Assembly (NCBI GenBank): GCA_964016885.1
Contig: OZ024741.1
Span: 181,412,001 to 181,476,000 of the forward strand
Direction: 5' to 3'
Length of the DNA stretch: 64,000 nt
From: Eledone cirrhosa
Taxonomy: Eukaryota
Within the stretch, counting starts at the first letter, position 1, and every line of letters starts with the position of its first letter. The notes below the pieces were generated by a model. It saw only the letters and a list, made by a program, of their open reading frames with translations. It searched no databases and was not told the origin of the DNA. Below, in pieces: positions 25,682 through 37,713 of the stretch. The translations under genes were made by a program, and so were the position numbers.

Positions 25682-28600
25682 ATTCCTTGAATCTCCGTCA
25701 TTGATGTTGGTTAACTGGAAAGTCCGTTGGATTGAATATCAAGCCACTACCTGCAGCCTCAGATATTCAGGACGTATCGGAGGGTTCTTGCTGTTCCAAG
25801 CAAGCATGCCTTTTGAAGCGTTCCAAAAAGCGTGAAGGGGTCGATTTTCTTTAACCATCCCTGGAAACTTTTGGAGATAGTCCCCAGTGCGCCTATGACA
25901 ATCGGGATCACTTTGACTTCATGGCAGTTCCAAATCCTTTTCACCTCCCACTTTAGGTCTTGGTATCGGTTAATTTTCTCCCTCTCCTTCTCTTGCACTC
26001 TCGTGTCGAACGGGCAGGCCACATCCACAATCAGACACGATCTTTTTTCTTTGTCCACAACCACCAGGTCAGGTCTATTGTGTTCCAGTTTTTTGTCCGT
26101 CTGTATCCTAAAATCCCACAGCACCTTCACCTGATTGTTCTCCACCACCGCCTCTGGCCTATGCTCATACCATTTCTCAGAATGTGGTAAATTGTTTACT
26201 TTGCACAGGTGCCAGTGGATCACCCTGCCCATCACATCGTGTCTCCAGCCCTTATAGTGGGTCTGGGCTAGGTGTTTACACTCGGACACAATGTGAGCCA
26301 CAGTCTCCTCTCTCTCTCCACAGATCCTGCACAGTGGGCTAGCCTCCTCCTTGTAGATATGGTGCTTCAACCACTTCGTTTTGAGGGCCTGCTCCTGCGC
26401 AGCCATTAGCATTCCTTCTGTAGCCTTTTTGAGGTCTCCTCTTCTCAACCAGTTCCATGTCTGTGGATCTCTAAATTCAGTTTTCTCAAAGAAGGTACTA
26501 TGAAGGGATTTTCCCTTAAGGCTGCTCTTCCTCCTTGATGTTATTTCCTCCTTGGACATCCCCTGGCCTACTGTCCCCTCCTTCAGTACGGTTCTGAGCA
26601 TTGGCTCCTTACTATAGGTCACGTATTTGTATAGGTTGTTTTTCTCCATCCGAACACAGTCCTCTATGCTGATAAGACCTCTTCCACCCTCAGATCTCCT
26701 TAGGTAGAGTCTATCGACATCACTCCTCTTGTGGAACATGTTGTAGATAGTCAATAGCTTCCTAGTCTTCCTATCCATTTCTTTTTGTTCAGCAACATTC
26801 CATCTCAGAATTCCCGCACTGTACCTAATAATAGACACAGCTCGGGAATTTACTGCGCTTATGGCATTTCTGCTGTTCAGATGTGACTTCAATACGCTCC
26901 TTACTCTCCGAATGTATTCAGTTCTTAACAATTCCTTCATTTTTTTGTTCTTTATGCCATCAGCCTCCAGAACGCCCAAATACTTGTATCCTTCCTCAGA
27001 GTCAATTTCCTTTATCATCTCACCTGTTGGTATCTGGATCCCGTTACTTCTGCTCAACCTACCCCTCTTCATCACAATGACTCCACATTTACCAATACCA
27101 AACTGCATACATATATCACTGCTGAAAATACGGACAGTGTGAACAAGCACATCCAACTCCTTCTCACTTTTCCCGAAGAGCTTAAGATCGTCCATGAAGA
27201 GGAGGTGATTGATGGTAAGCTCTCCCCTTCCCAACTTGTATCCTGCTCTCACTTTTCGCAGCATAATGGTCAAGGGCATCAGGGCAAGGACAAACAACAG
27301 AGGGGACAGGCTATCTCCCTGGAAGATACCTCTCTTGATCTTCACGCTTCCCAAGGATACTCCAGTTGATGTCAACTCTGTCTCCCAGGACCCCATACTC
27401 CTGCCTAACAACTGTCTGATGTTATCTGCCACCCTGAAGATCTCCAGGCTTTTGGTGATCCAGGAATGAGGCACCATGTCAAATGCCTTTCTGTAGTCTA
27501 TCCATCTCATGGCAAGATCAGTGTGTCTCCTCCTGCAATTCCCCATTACCATCTTATCAATAAGTAACTGGTCCTTTGTACCACGTGACTTCTTTCGGCA
27601 TCCTTTCTGTTCGTCCGGTAACAAGTTGTTTGTGTGGAGGTGATGGTAGATTTCCTCAGACACAATGCTCGTCAACAGTTTCCACATTACGGACAGACAT
27701 GTGATAGGTCTATAGTTGGTAACATCATTACCCTTGATTCGGTCTTTCATTATCAGAACTGTGGTACCTTTTGTCAACCACTCTGGCACCTCACCCGACA
27801 CCAAGCAGTCATTGAACATGGCCGTCAGCTTCGGGTGGAGGGATGTTAAATGTTTAATCCAATACCCCTGCACACCATCTGGGCCTGGTGATTTCCAGTT
27901 GGTTAGTTTTTTGGCCTGCCCCTTAAGAGTTTCAACTGTGATACTCAAATCAGTCTGTTGTTGTGCCTGCTCACCGATCTCCCTCTGTACTGTCTCAATC
28001 CACCCTGCCTGGGCATTGTGTCTAACATCCTGCTCCCATATTCCTCTCCAGAATGTTTTAGTTTGCTCCGCCCCAGGGATCAAGTCGTTGCCTCTTTCTT
28101 TCCCCTCAAGCTGTCCAAACAGCATCTTCTGGTTGTTGTCGAACATGCGGTTCTGTTTATACTGACTGACTCTGTTCTCGTATCGCCTGATTTTTGCACT
28201 CTTTGCTACAATGCGTTGCTTCAGTTCCTCTATGATAATATTTAGCTTTTTCCTCCTAGTTTTGTATTTTATTTCCAGTCTATTTTTAGTGCCTATGTTT
28301 TTTAGTGTCCCATTCAGTAGTGACTCAAGCTTTCCTATGTCATTTCTCATTTCCCCGATTTGCCCACTCAGTCGCTTCTTCCACCACGGCTCTGCTCTTT
28401 CTTGTCTGTTGTTTCCTCTCGCTTTTATACCAAGTAGTTTCCTCACCGTATTTGCTGTTGCTTTGAGGATATTGTTGCACTGGTGAAGGCTCCTCGCCTC
28501 AAGGTATGGGATGACTTTGTTTACCTTAGCTGTTGTTTCTTTTAACTTTTTCCTGTCTACAAATCTTAGGTTCATAGGTCTCCCACTATCATTGTTCAAT

Positions 28601-29460
28601 TCATCTACCACTAAATTTAGGATGTCAACCGAATCTTGTCCTAGCCCGTCAGCATTCATCTCCTCAGTGGCCGTATCTCTGTTCCAGGTATTATTTATCT
28701 CAGTATTCAGATCATTGTCTGCTTCGGGTGGTTCCTCCGTTCTCAGGACCTCTTCACCTTCATTTCCCACTGGCTCGCTTGTCTGGCATACTACACCCGC
28801 CATCTCCAAGCCATTCTCTCTGCTCAGTTCCTCCAGTTCCAGCTCGCTTATCCATCCATTAGTTCTTATTACCCGAGCCTGCCCGGCCAATTTTTGTTCA
28901 TCTAATTTAAATAAACCAATCTCGTTCCAGATGTTATGCATCCGTCTCCTGTAGCCCCTCTCCTTGGGGTTACTTTTCAGGTAACATTGCATAACAGTTC
29001 TATTCAATTCTTTCGTCCAGTTGGTTCTGGCCCCTTTCCTTCTTCTCCTTCCTCCAACATCAGCAGTATTTGGTTGACAGTCAGGTTCCTGCTGCTGAGC
29101 CAGGGGGCACCTGTTGGGTGAGAGTCTGTCACATGACGTTCTAGTCTCCATTTCACCGTTATTCGAACTGTTTATGTTCGATATTTAAACACTCTTATCG
29201 AGGATTGGCGAATGTATGGTTACATATCCATCTGTGGATCCGCCATTCCACTTGGCCCTTGTGTGGCATTATCACCACGCTGTATACGAACACACATAAA
29301 CAAACAAACACACAGGCAGAAAGGGCCCCAAAAATGAATAAGCATAAGTTTCATTGTAATGTAGTGTTCGAATGTCTGACTTAGTTTTTGTTTTTTAAGT
29401 TTTAGTTTTTCCCCCCTCTTCTCTGTCCGTCCGCCTGCTTCTCTCTTCATTCTTATTTTC

Positions 29461-29491
<31 letters not shown>

Positions 29492-30035
29492 GTTTTTCTC
29501 TGTTTGTTTTTCTCGTTTTTTGCTGTTGTTGCTGTGCTGCTTTGGTTTTGTTGTTTGTTTTTTCTTTTGAGTCTATCTATATATTTTGATGCCTTCCTCT
29601 TTTTTAGCAGTAGGGATTCTATAATGTGGTGGCAGCAGCCAGCCGAAAGAGGTGGGAGACTGGCGGCGGTAGCGATACTGAGACAGTGGTGGTGGTGATG
29701 TCGATACCGAGGCAGTGGTGGCGGTGATGTGACCGTATTACTGTAGTGATGGTGCTGTAGCGGTGGTAGCAGTGAAGGAGTGAAGGGGTGGTGGCGGCGG
29801 TGATGGGATAATGGTTGTAATGATGGCCGTAGTGAGCGGTGGTGGTTTAGTGTACACAGGTGATGGGGTGGGTGGTGTATCTAGTTTCTGGTGTTGGTGA
29901 GTTTGGCTGTTCTATATAGTGTAGACAGAGGAGGAGGGGGGGGGGGTTCTTCTTCCATTTATGGCCATTTTCTTTTTTGGATATACAGTGTACAATACAA
30001 AGTTGAATATTTGAATATTTGAGCCTTATAACAAT
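25682..30035 (-). mobile_element. Apparently full-length R4/Dong-clade non-LTR retrotransposon in (TAA)n
   Basis: Single long ORF with a ~0.9 kb 5' region and a short 3' UTR; (TAT)n tracts on both sides. Confidence 0.9.
25759..29151 (-). CDS. R4/Dong polyprotein: reverse transcriptase, CCHC knuckle, restriction-like endonuclease (1130 aa, uninterrupted)
   Basis: KSPGPDG, NYRPITCL, IDYRKAFD, GIFQGDSLSP, FMDD, YKYLG; CRICGEREETVAHIVSEC; RHD...RPDLVVVD...DVACP...KINRY. Confidence 0.95.
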   Translation of the reverse strand: METRTSCDRLSPNRCPLAQQQEPDCQPNTADVGGRRRRKGARTNWTKELNRTVMQCYLKSNPKERGYRRRMHNIWNEIGLFKLDEQKLAGQARVIRTNGWISELELEELSRENGLEMAGVVCQTSEPVGNEGEEVLRTEEPPEADNDLNTEINNTWNRDTATEEMNADGLGQDSVDILNLVVDELNNDSGRPMNLRFVDRKKLKETTAKVNKVIPYLEARSLHQCNNILKATANTVRKLLGIKARGNNRQERAEPWWKKRLSGQIGEMRNDIGKLESLLNGTLKNIGTKNRLEIKYKTRRKKLNIIIEELKQRIVAKSAKIRRYENRVSQYKQNRMFDNNQKMLFGQLEGKERGNDLIPGAEQTKTFWRGIWEQDVRHNAQAGWIETVQREIGEQAQQQTDLSITVETLKGQAKKLTNWKSPGPDGVQGYWIKHLTSLHPKLTAMFNDCLVSGEVPEWLTKGTTVLIMKDRIKGNDVTNYRPITCLSVMWKLLTSIVSEEIYHHLHTNNLLPDEQKGCRKKSRGTKDQLLIDKMVMGNCRRRHTDLAMRWIDYRKAFDMVPHSWITKSLEIFRVADNIRQLLGRSMGSWETELTSTGVSLGSVKIKRGIFQGDSLSPLLFVLALMPLTIMLRKVRAGYKLGRGELTINHLLFMDDLKLFGKSEKELDVLVHTVRIFSSDICMQFGIGKCGVIVMKRGRLSRSNGIQIPTGEMIKEIDSEEGYKYLGVLEADGIKNKKMKELLRTEYIRRVRSVLKSHLNSRNAISAVNSRAVSIIRYSAGILRWNVAEQKEMDRKTRKLLTIYNMFHKRSDVDRLYLRRSEGGRGLISIEDCVRMEKNNLYKYVTYSKEPMLRTVLKEGTVGQGMSKEEITSRRKSSLKGKSLHSTFFEKTEFRDPQTWNWLRRGDLKKATEGMLMAAQEQALKTKWLKHHIYKEEASPLCRICGEREETVAHIVSECKHLAQTHYKGWRHDVMGRVIHWHLCKVNNLPHSEKWYEHRPEAVVENNQVKVLWDFRIQTDKKLEHNRPDLVVVDKEKRSCLIVDVACPFDTRVQEKEREKINRYQDLKWEVKRIWNCHEVKVIPIVIGALGTISKSFQGWLKKIDPFTLFGTLQKACLLGTARTLRYVLNI

Positions 30036-30036
30036 A

Positions 30037-30096
<60 letters not shown>

Positions 30097-30111
30097 CGTT
30101 ATTATTGTTGT

Positions 30112-30471
30112 TATTCCTTGAATCTCAGTCATTGATGTTGGTTAACTGGAAAGTCCGTTGGAATGAATATCAAGCCACTACCTGCAGCCTCAGATATTCA
30201 GGACGTATCGGAGGGTTCTTGCTGTTCCAAGCAAGCATGCCTTTTGAAGCGTTCCAAAAAGCGTGAAGGGGCCGATTTTCTTTAACCATCCCTGGAAACT
30301 TTTGGAGATAGTCCCCAGTGCGCCTATGACAATCGGGATCACTTTGACTTCATGGCAGTTCCAAATCCTTTTCACCTCCCACTTTAGGTCCTGGTATCGG
30401 TTAATTTTCTCCCTCTCCTTCTCTTGCACTCTCGTGTCGAACGGGCAGGCCACATCCACAATCAGACACGA
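30112..30471 (-). mobile_element. 5'-truncated second copy of the same Dong element
   Basis: Near-identical to 25682-26041 and flanked by (TAT)n on both sides. Confidence 0.95.
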
Positions 30472-30564
<93 letters not shown>

Positions 30565-30574
30565 TTTTTTTTTT

Positions 30575-30760
30575 CTCGTGCAATGGCCATACTCGATAAC
30601 GAGGGGGCAGCGATCATCATGTATGTATGTATGTATGTCATGAACATTGCTTGTTCAGGATATGTTACAGGTCCGTGTAGCTGGCTATAGCCTAAAGGTA
30701 CACCATTTTCTGTAATCTGACAAGCGATTGTAATACTCTTAGCAGAGTTTGCAGCCACCA
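30575..30760 (+). mobile_element. Two short LINE/SINE 3'-tail fragments ending in (TATG)n
   Basis: GGCCATACTCGATAACGAGGGGGCAGC (also at ~58866-58918) and ...GAGTTTGCAGCCACC-ATGT resemble the tail of the 31118-31703 element. Confidence 0.6.
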
Positions 30761-30810
30761 TGTATGTATGTATGTATGTATGTATGTATGTATGTATGTA
30801 TGTATGTATG

Positions 30811-31055
30811 TCTTTCTCTTAATTTCGAGTACATTTTTGACTGGCCACCTTCCCGGTGGCAAGGTTGTAAAAGAAAAGAAATTGTCATCCCTTGAATCGC
30901 AAAGTTTGAAGGTGCCAGCTATCGCAGCCATTTGTAGTCTATGAATTAGGGATCTGGTCTCTTTGTCCACAAATCAAAGTTCAGTTATACTTTGGTCCAA
31001 GCGGGTTGGTATATAACCTGTAGCTCTAATAATGATGGGTATGAAGCTGAAGGTG
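30811..31055 (-). mobile_element. Short 3' fragment of a third R4-like family
   Basis: YTFSFIPIIIRATGYI...LIHRLQMAAIAGTFKLC aligns with family 2 (YTFRFMPVIIGSLGYV...LVRKLQVQSINGTVKIC). (TATG)n on both sides. Confidence 0.75.
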
Positions 31056-31117
31056 TATGTATGTATGTATGTATGTATGTATGTATGTATGTATGTATGT
31101 ATGTATGTATGTATGTA

Positions 31118-31703
31118 CTGGTAACATGTATCCCAGTACAACCTGTCCCATGGTCGGGTCATTGGCGACTAAACTGGCAACCCTACCAAGGTTTCTTGGT
31201 GAGGAGGGTGACTTTGGACATCCTGCAGGACTAAAAACAAAACCTGTCAAAGAGCAAAGGAGCTCTTAAGAGTCAATGGCCATCCAAAATCACTGGGAGA
31301 GATGACCCCTTAGCCTTTGTCAAGGCAGAATTCTAGGAGAAGGAAAACTCTGATATAACACCTGCAACCTTGATGGTATCCAATGATGTTGACTTGTTCT
31401 TCTTTTTGGTAAATATCATCTTGGTTAAGAGAGTGGGATTGGCTTTGTGCAGTGCTTTTGCTCACTATAAAAGCTTCATGGCACAGGCATTGCTTTATAT
31501 CTGGAGATCCCTCTGCACTTGTCATCACATCGTACCATGGGCCCAGCACTATGTGTCAGTAATTGTCACAAGTGTAGTGTTTGTACCAGAGTTTTCAAGT
31601 CGCTGGCTGGACTAAAAAGTCACACTCGTTCAGCGCATCGGTAGGGGTTCTCCTACATGGATATAAAGTAGTGGCCGTACTCGAAAACGAGTTGGCAGCC
31701 ACC
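31118..31703 (+). mobile_element. Non-autonomous RTE-derived element (family B), copy 1
   Basis: Shares leader motifs with the RTE LINE 5' UTR (CTAGGAGAAGG, AGAGAGTGGGATTGGCT, GCACAGGCATTGC). No RT; has a hairpin tail followed by ATGT repeats. Repeated at 50409-51014. Confidence 0.8.
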
Positions 31704-31887
31704 ATGTATGTGTGTATGTATATTTGAAATATGTCCTTCATAAAGCAAAAAAAACACACACAATAATAATCGATCACTTGAGAAAATCGGACATGTAAAA
31801 AAGTAGATAGAAGTACCTTTGTCTACATTTTTCCATCACCAGGTGCACTTTACCCGATTTTTGCAACTATTATTTTATACGTATCGA

Positions 31888-32108
31888 GGGCGCTGGATTA
31901 GCAGTATCGGTAGAGGGTCGGGCGCCATGATTTTCAGCATAGAGTTACGGCCTTTTATGATCTGAGTTCAAATCCCACCGAGGTTAATTTTGCCTTTCAT
32001 CCTTATGGGGTCGATAAAACAAAGTACTAGTCACGTATTGGAGTCGATTAATCGACTTTCCTCTCCCCCCAAAATTGATGACCTTGTGCCTATATAAGAA
32101 ACCATTAT
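31888..32108 (+). mobile_element. SINE with target-site duplication
   Basis: Full head, core and tail; TTTTATACGTATCGA is repeated on both sides. Confidence 0.9.
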
Positions 32109-32227
32109 TTTATACGTATCGACTATAATCATGATCATTTACGATGGGAGGCATCTTAGTTCAACTTCTAACGATTTACACTCTGAAGATTTTGGAGGTA
32201 GTTTTGCATATCTTCAGATAAAACATA

Positions 32228-32328
<101 letters not shown>

Positions 32329-32357
32329 ACATATATATATACATACATATATATGTT

Positions 32358-32395
<38 letters not shown>

Positions 32396-32448
32396 CATAC
32401 ATATATATGTACACACACATACACACACACGCACATATATATATATAT

Positions 32449-35249
32449 GTTAGTGGGGGACTGGAATGGAATCCTAGATGCACGTTGGGACTATGTGGGA
32501 GCATGTCCCGATAAGGGGGGGGGTGTAATAGCCTCAAACAGTTAATCGGCCGATTTGACCTGGCCGATAGATATCGACTATATTTTCCAACTGTGCCACT
32601 GTGGACGTGGACTAATCATAGCGGAACATCTAGATCGAACCTAGATAGGGTTCTAGTTAGAAAGAAGGATAGGGACATGTTAAGCTGTCCACAAATGTTC
32701 ATGGTTGCCTATTTAAATCACAAATTAGTGACCTGCTTAGTCAACCTTGACAAAACCCATAGACAGAGACGCGGCTACTGGAAGCTGAACTTGTCGTTAC
32801 CGACATGCAAAGCCTACAGTAGACGGATTAGCACTTTAGTTAAGCAGCACTTGACGGGGCCATTGTCAACAACAGAAGGTAGTACTCTCTCAAGAGGGCA
32901 ATTAGATTAGACTCGATAGATTTTAGTAAAGAATTAGCGTTAGATAGAAATAAGAGCGAAAAGGAACTGGTAGATAAAGTAGAAGAGGCACTTAGGAGTG
33001 GCAACGTAGCCAGCGTGCTAGCGACGAGAACGGCCTTGGACCAGTTCTTCGACGCAAAGCACGAAGGCTTCGTTGTCAGAAGCATAATACGTGCTCTGGG
33101 TAACAAGGGAGCCAAAACTGTTAGCTGTGCCTGGGTGACGGAGTCGAAAAGTGGCAACAAGTTCACGATTCGGTTTTTGAAGGACCAAAACGGACGCGTG
33201 ATACGTGAGCCGAAGCAGATGTGCTTTCAGCGGAACTTTGCTCAGCTGTTCGGGCAGAGCAGCGCGCCGGGAGGGGCTATAGATTTCGGTCCATACCTGG
33301 ACGGCCTACCGCCACTCTCGGACAGCGAGGCGAAGTTCTGCGAAAAGCCGATTTCAGCCGCTGAGATAAGGGACGCGCTGAGCTAATGCGGCAAACGCAA
33401 ATCTCCAGGTCTCGACGGTCTACCCTACGAATTTTACGTAGCAATGCCCGACTTGTTCTCCAGTCTCCTGGAAGCGGTATACTGCAACTGGCAGCAGAAC
33501 GGGAGAATTCCCAGTTCTGTGACCAGAGGCGTAGTCACACTAGTCAGGAAGGACGAGAATAAGGGGGATGACATAGGAAACTTCCGGCCTATAACTCTGC
33601 TTAACACAGAGTTACAGATTTTGGCTAAGGTGTTGGCAAAGAGGCTGGTGATTGTCGTCGAAAACCCGGTGGGAGAAGCGCAGACATGCGCAATCCCGAC
33701 CAGGTCCATACACGACAACCTCCACCTCATGCGATACATCATAGAGAGGGTAGGGTGTAAACCGGCTTCGGTGGAACCCTGATCAACTTGGATCAGTCTA
33801 AGGCTTTCGATAGGGTTGACTATCGTTTCCTGGATGCGGTGCTCGAGGCGGCAGGCTTCGGACCCGTGTTCAGGAACTAGATTGCTGCAATGCACAACAG
33901 CAACATCTGCTCAAGGGTCACGGTGAACGGCTACCTCTCGAAGCCGTTACATATCACGCGATCCATTCGACAGGGATGCCCTCTCTCCTCCCTTCTGTAC
34001 GTACTGACTCTCGAGCCACTACTTCGTAAGTTGGAGTTATTGCAGGAAATCCCCCTGGAACCGGGACTGCGGAAAGCGGCGTCGGCCTACGCCGCCGACG
34101 TGACAGTAATGGTGGTGAGGACCTCCCAAATCGAGGAAGTCGGCACCTTACTGAAGGAATACGAAAAGTTCACAGGAGCCAAGCTGAACCGGGACAAGTC
34201 CATCGGTTTGCAACTCGGATCGTGGAGAGGCAAACCGATGCCTTCCGATGGTGTCGTCGGACGCTGGACGGAAGGACCGGTAAAGCCTGTCGAGGTCTCG
34301 TTTGGTCTGGAGATCCAGGTGGAGAAGAACTGGAACGAGGTGACGGCCAAGGTGTTTGCACTCATCCAGAAGTGAGCCGAGTGCAAACTATCCTTGAAAG
34401 GTCGAGCGGAGGTGGCGAACACTTTTATAGCGTCATCTACTACCGCTTGACCGTTGTGCCTTGTCCAGCCAAAACGCTCACCAAAATGGAGCGCGCGCTC
34501 TTCCAATTCCTTTGGAAGAAGCGGGATCATTTGGTGAGAAGATCCATCTGCTGCCAACACCCTTCCAACGGAGGGTTGGGGAGGCCGTGGCTGACGATGC
34601 GCAAACACGCGGTCAGGCTTCGGCATCTCTATGTATTCCTCACCGGACAACCGGTGTGGACCCCGTTCGTGAGGCGAGCCTTCCCACGACTCGTCTTTCT
34701 GACAGAGCTGAAGTCCTGGGTCAAGCAAAGACCGAGGAAAATGGGCAACTGGCACATCGAATGTGCTTAGGTGTTCACAGCCCTCTGGCAGGCGGACCCG
34801 GCGATCAGTGGAGTCTACACTTCGTCATTCTATAGAGGGTTGGTCCGCAGCAAGTGCGACGACGCGCTCGGATAAGCACTAGGTGTAGAGGAAGACGAAC
34901 TGGCCAGTCTGTTCGGTAGGACCTTCCGCCCGGGACCGATGGACAACTTCCAAAAGTCCCTGGCCTGGCAGTGCTACCGAGGAGCTCTACCAGTTCGAGA
35001 CAAGATCTACTGACACGGGCGCCCGGGCAGGGACCCCTCGTAAAAGATCTGTCCGAGGTGCGTGCGAGACGAAGAAACCGTCGCGCACGCATTCGTACAC
35101 TGCCCGGGCGTTACCGACCTGTGGGGCTATGTGGAACGACTATATAGTTTATTGTTATTTATTAATGTTAAAGTTATTTTTATGTAAAATCCCCGCCGTC
35201 ACGTCTTGTAATGTCCCATTTTTGTACGCCCCTGTGGCAAATAAAGAAA
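32449..35249 (+). mobile_element. Decayed L1/Tx1-clade LINE ORF2
   Basis: WTWTN...LDRVLV and GYWKLN (endonuclease C-terminus); NFRPITLLN, RQGCPLS, YAAD (RT). Many frameshifts. Ends AATAAAGAAA followed by (TATC)n. Confidence 0.9.
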
Positions 35250-35282
35250 GATATCTATCTATCTACCTATCTATCTACCTAC

Positions 35283-35338
<56 letters not shown>

Positions 35339-36290
35339 ATATCTATCTATCTATATACCTACCCCCTCTCTCTCTATCTATCATCACATCATTTTCGTTG
35401 GTACGTGAACATTGTCTGGTGCTGGTGTGCGTTAAGCCATCGACTGACCTCCTGTGGCTATCTGAACGATGCACATGTCAGACTACTTTTAGTTCTATAG
35501 TTCATTACTTGAATGTACTCTGTCCCATGTAACCCATTTTCTTTGGACTTTGCGATGTCAGTCAAGGATACACCACACCCCTTTTTCGTTCTGAATTCAA
35601 ACGCATACCGGTGCAAAATAGTTTGATTATCCCTTAATCTTCTAATAATTTAGTTTTGAGAATATTCGGCGTTCGGATTAAAATTAACCACCTATATTAC
35701 CCCACACTCTCAACACTTATCTATATTTCTTCACAATTTATCTTGTCTTATTTTATTCTTCTTAATTCATTTTTCTTAATTTATCTATATACGACATGCT
35801 TGCTTACTTGTCTGTAATGTAATACAGCCAAAAGGGCGCATGATGGGAAAATACTTCGAAAGGAAGTTGAACCTGAAATGGGGATACAAATGGAATAAAA
35901 CAAGTTTCGCGTAAATCAGAGCACGGAATCCTGAGATACGGGTTTTTTCGGTTTCGGGTACCTTCATAAATAAAGAGAGAGAGAAGGATAGAGAGAAAGA
36001 GATAGTGGTTGTGAGAGAGTAGAATGAAATAGAAACATAGAGTGAGGGAGAAGAGACAGAGAAGGAGAATGGAAGAGAGACAGAGAGCTGGTGGTGTTAT
36101 TGTGTGTATATATATGTGAGTGTGTGTGTATATATATATATGTGTGTGCATATGTGTGTGTGTGTCTATGACCAGTGTATATAGATCACAGACACCCATA
36201 TATATATATATATAACGGAAGAAATGTGGTAAGGAACCAGGTGGACCATAACGCACCAAAGTACTCAATACTTAGGGTAGTAGAGTGGGT

Positions 36291-36370
36291 AATAGGAACG
36301 AGTAGGACCCCGACGGCTGAGCTCAAGCCGTCGAAACGGCTTGAGCTCAGCCGTCGGGGTCCTACTCATT

Positions 36371-36374
<4 letters not shown>
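36291..36374. repeat. GC-rich ~40-bp fold-back with nested palindromes
   Basis: ATAGGAACGAGTAGGACCCCGACGGCTGAGCTCAAGCCGT-CGAA-ACGGCTTGAGCTCAGCCGTCGGGGTCCTACTCATTCCTAT. Confidence 0.9.
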
Positions 36375-36461
<87 letters not shown>

Positions 36462-36860
36462 TAGAGTGGCCCTTATTTTTCAACTTTCTAAAGGTTTAAC
36501 CCCCCCCCCCCCCCTCCCGCCATATCTAGTTCCAATTAACAGAAAAACAATCTATGCAAAACTTTGGCTCAGGTGGACAACTGCAAGGCGACCCTCATCG
36601 ACCATGACATTTTGAAGCTTTCGTCCGGAAAGTCATTTTTTCAGATAACATTTTTTATCTCTTATATAATTTTCTCTTAAATTAAAAACTTGTTCAGACT
36701 TATTCTTGGTATTATAAGGATAAGTGACAATGAATATAATGGGGAAGGCAACTTGCAAAGCTGGAGATAGAGCGCAGGTATAGGGCAAATACCTATTTTT
36801 CGCTGGGGAACAGCAACATTTTAACTTTCGGAAAATTACATATTGCTAAGGGCCACCCTA
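36462..36860. mobile_element. hAT-type MITE
   Basis: TIRs TAGAGTGGCCCTTA / TAAGGGCCACCCTA with 8-bp flanks ATATACAC / ATATACAT. Confidence 0.75.
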
Positions 36861-36909
36861 ATATACATATATCCGTATGTCAGCTGAGAGAAATGAGTAC
36901 TCGGTATTG

Positions 36910-36987
<78 letters not shown>

Positions 36988-36999
36988 TTATTAAAATAA

Positions 37000-37713
37000 C
37001 AGATTAAAGTTTAAGCAAAGAATCGCTGCTTTCACCCTTAACGGGACACTCCTTGCTTTCCTTGCTTTCATTTTTCTCCTTGCCCTGCCCCCCTTTTCTC
37101 ATTGTATTTGTATATAAACATAGATACAAGAAGAAAAGGAGAGCAAAGAGAAAAGGAGAGCAAGGAGAACAACGAGAAAAGGAGAGCAAGGAGAACAAGG
37201 AGAGCAATGAGAACAAGAGAGCAATGAGAAAAGGAGAGCAAGGAGAGCAGGGATAAAAGGAGAACAAGGATAAAAGGAGGAGCAATGAGAAAAGGAGAAC
37301 AAAGAGAGCAAGGAGAGGTTAAGACAAATATTGCTCAAGTTATGCTGGAGGTAGACAAAGGGGAAAAGACAACTGAAGAGGTACATTCTGCACCAAAATG
37401 ACTTTTCTTCCTTTACAAACATCGAGTTTTCATCCTTTGTAACTCCTGGTACAAATTTTTCTTCCCGAGATTTTCTATCAGCACCGATTTCCTCGACAAA
37501 CACCCTCAACATGGAGAATAGTATACCGCTTTTGAACAGAATTAATCGTTGCGTATACTATGTTCCAAATTCAAGGCGTATGAGGGTCGCCTAACAGTTG
37601 TCGGATTGAGCTGAAATTTTGAACACGCCGTTTTTATGTTGATTGGAACTGGATTAGAGAGTGGGAGCAAATTTTAACTTTCGGAAAATTACCTATTGCT
37701 AAGGGCCACTCTA
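37000..37713. mobile_element. Second hAT-type right end with an internal AAGGAGARC minisatellite
   Basis: TTTTAACTTTCGGAAAATTAC.TATTGCTAAGGGCCAC.CTA matches 36819-36860 and is followed by GTATACAC. The left boundary is uncertain. Confidence 0.6.
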
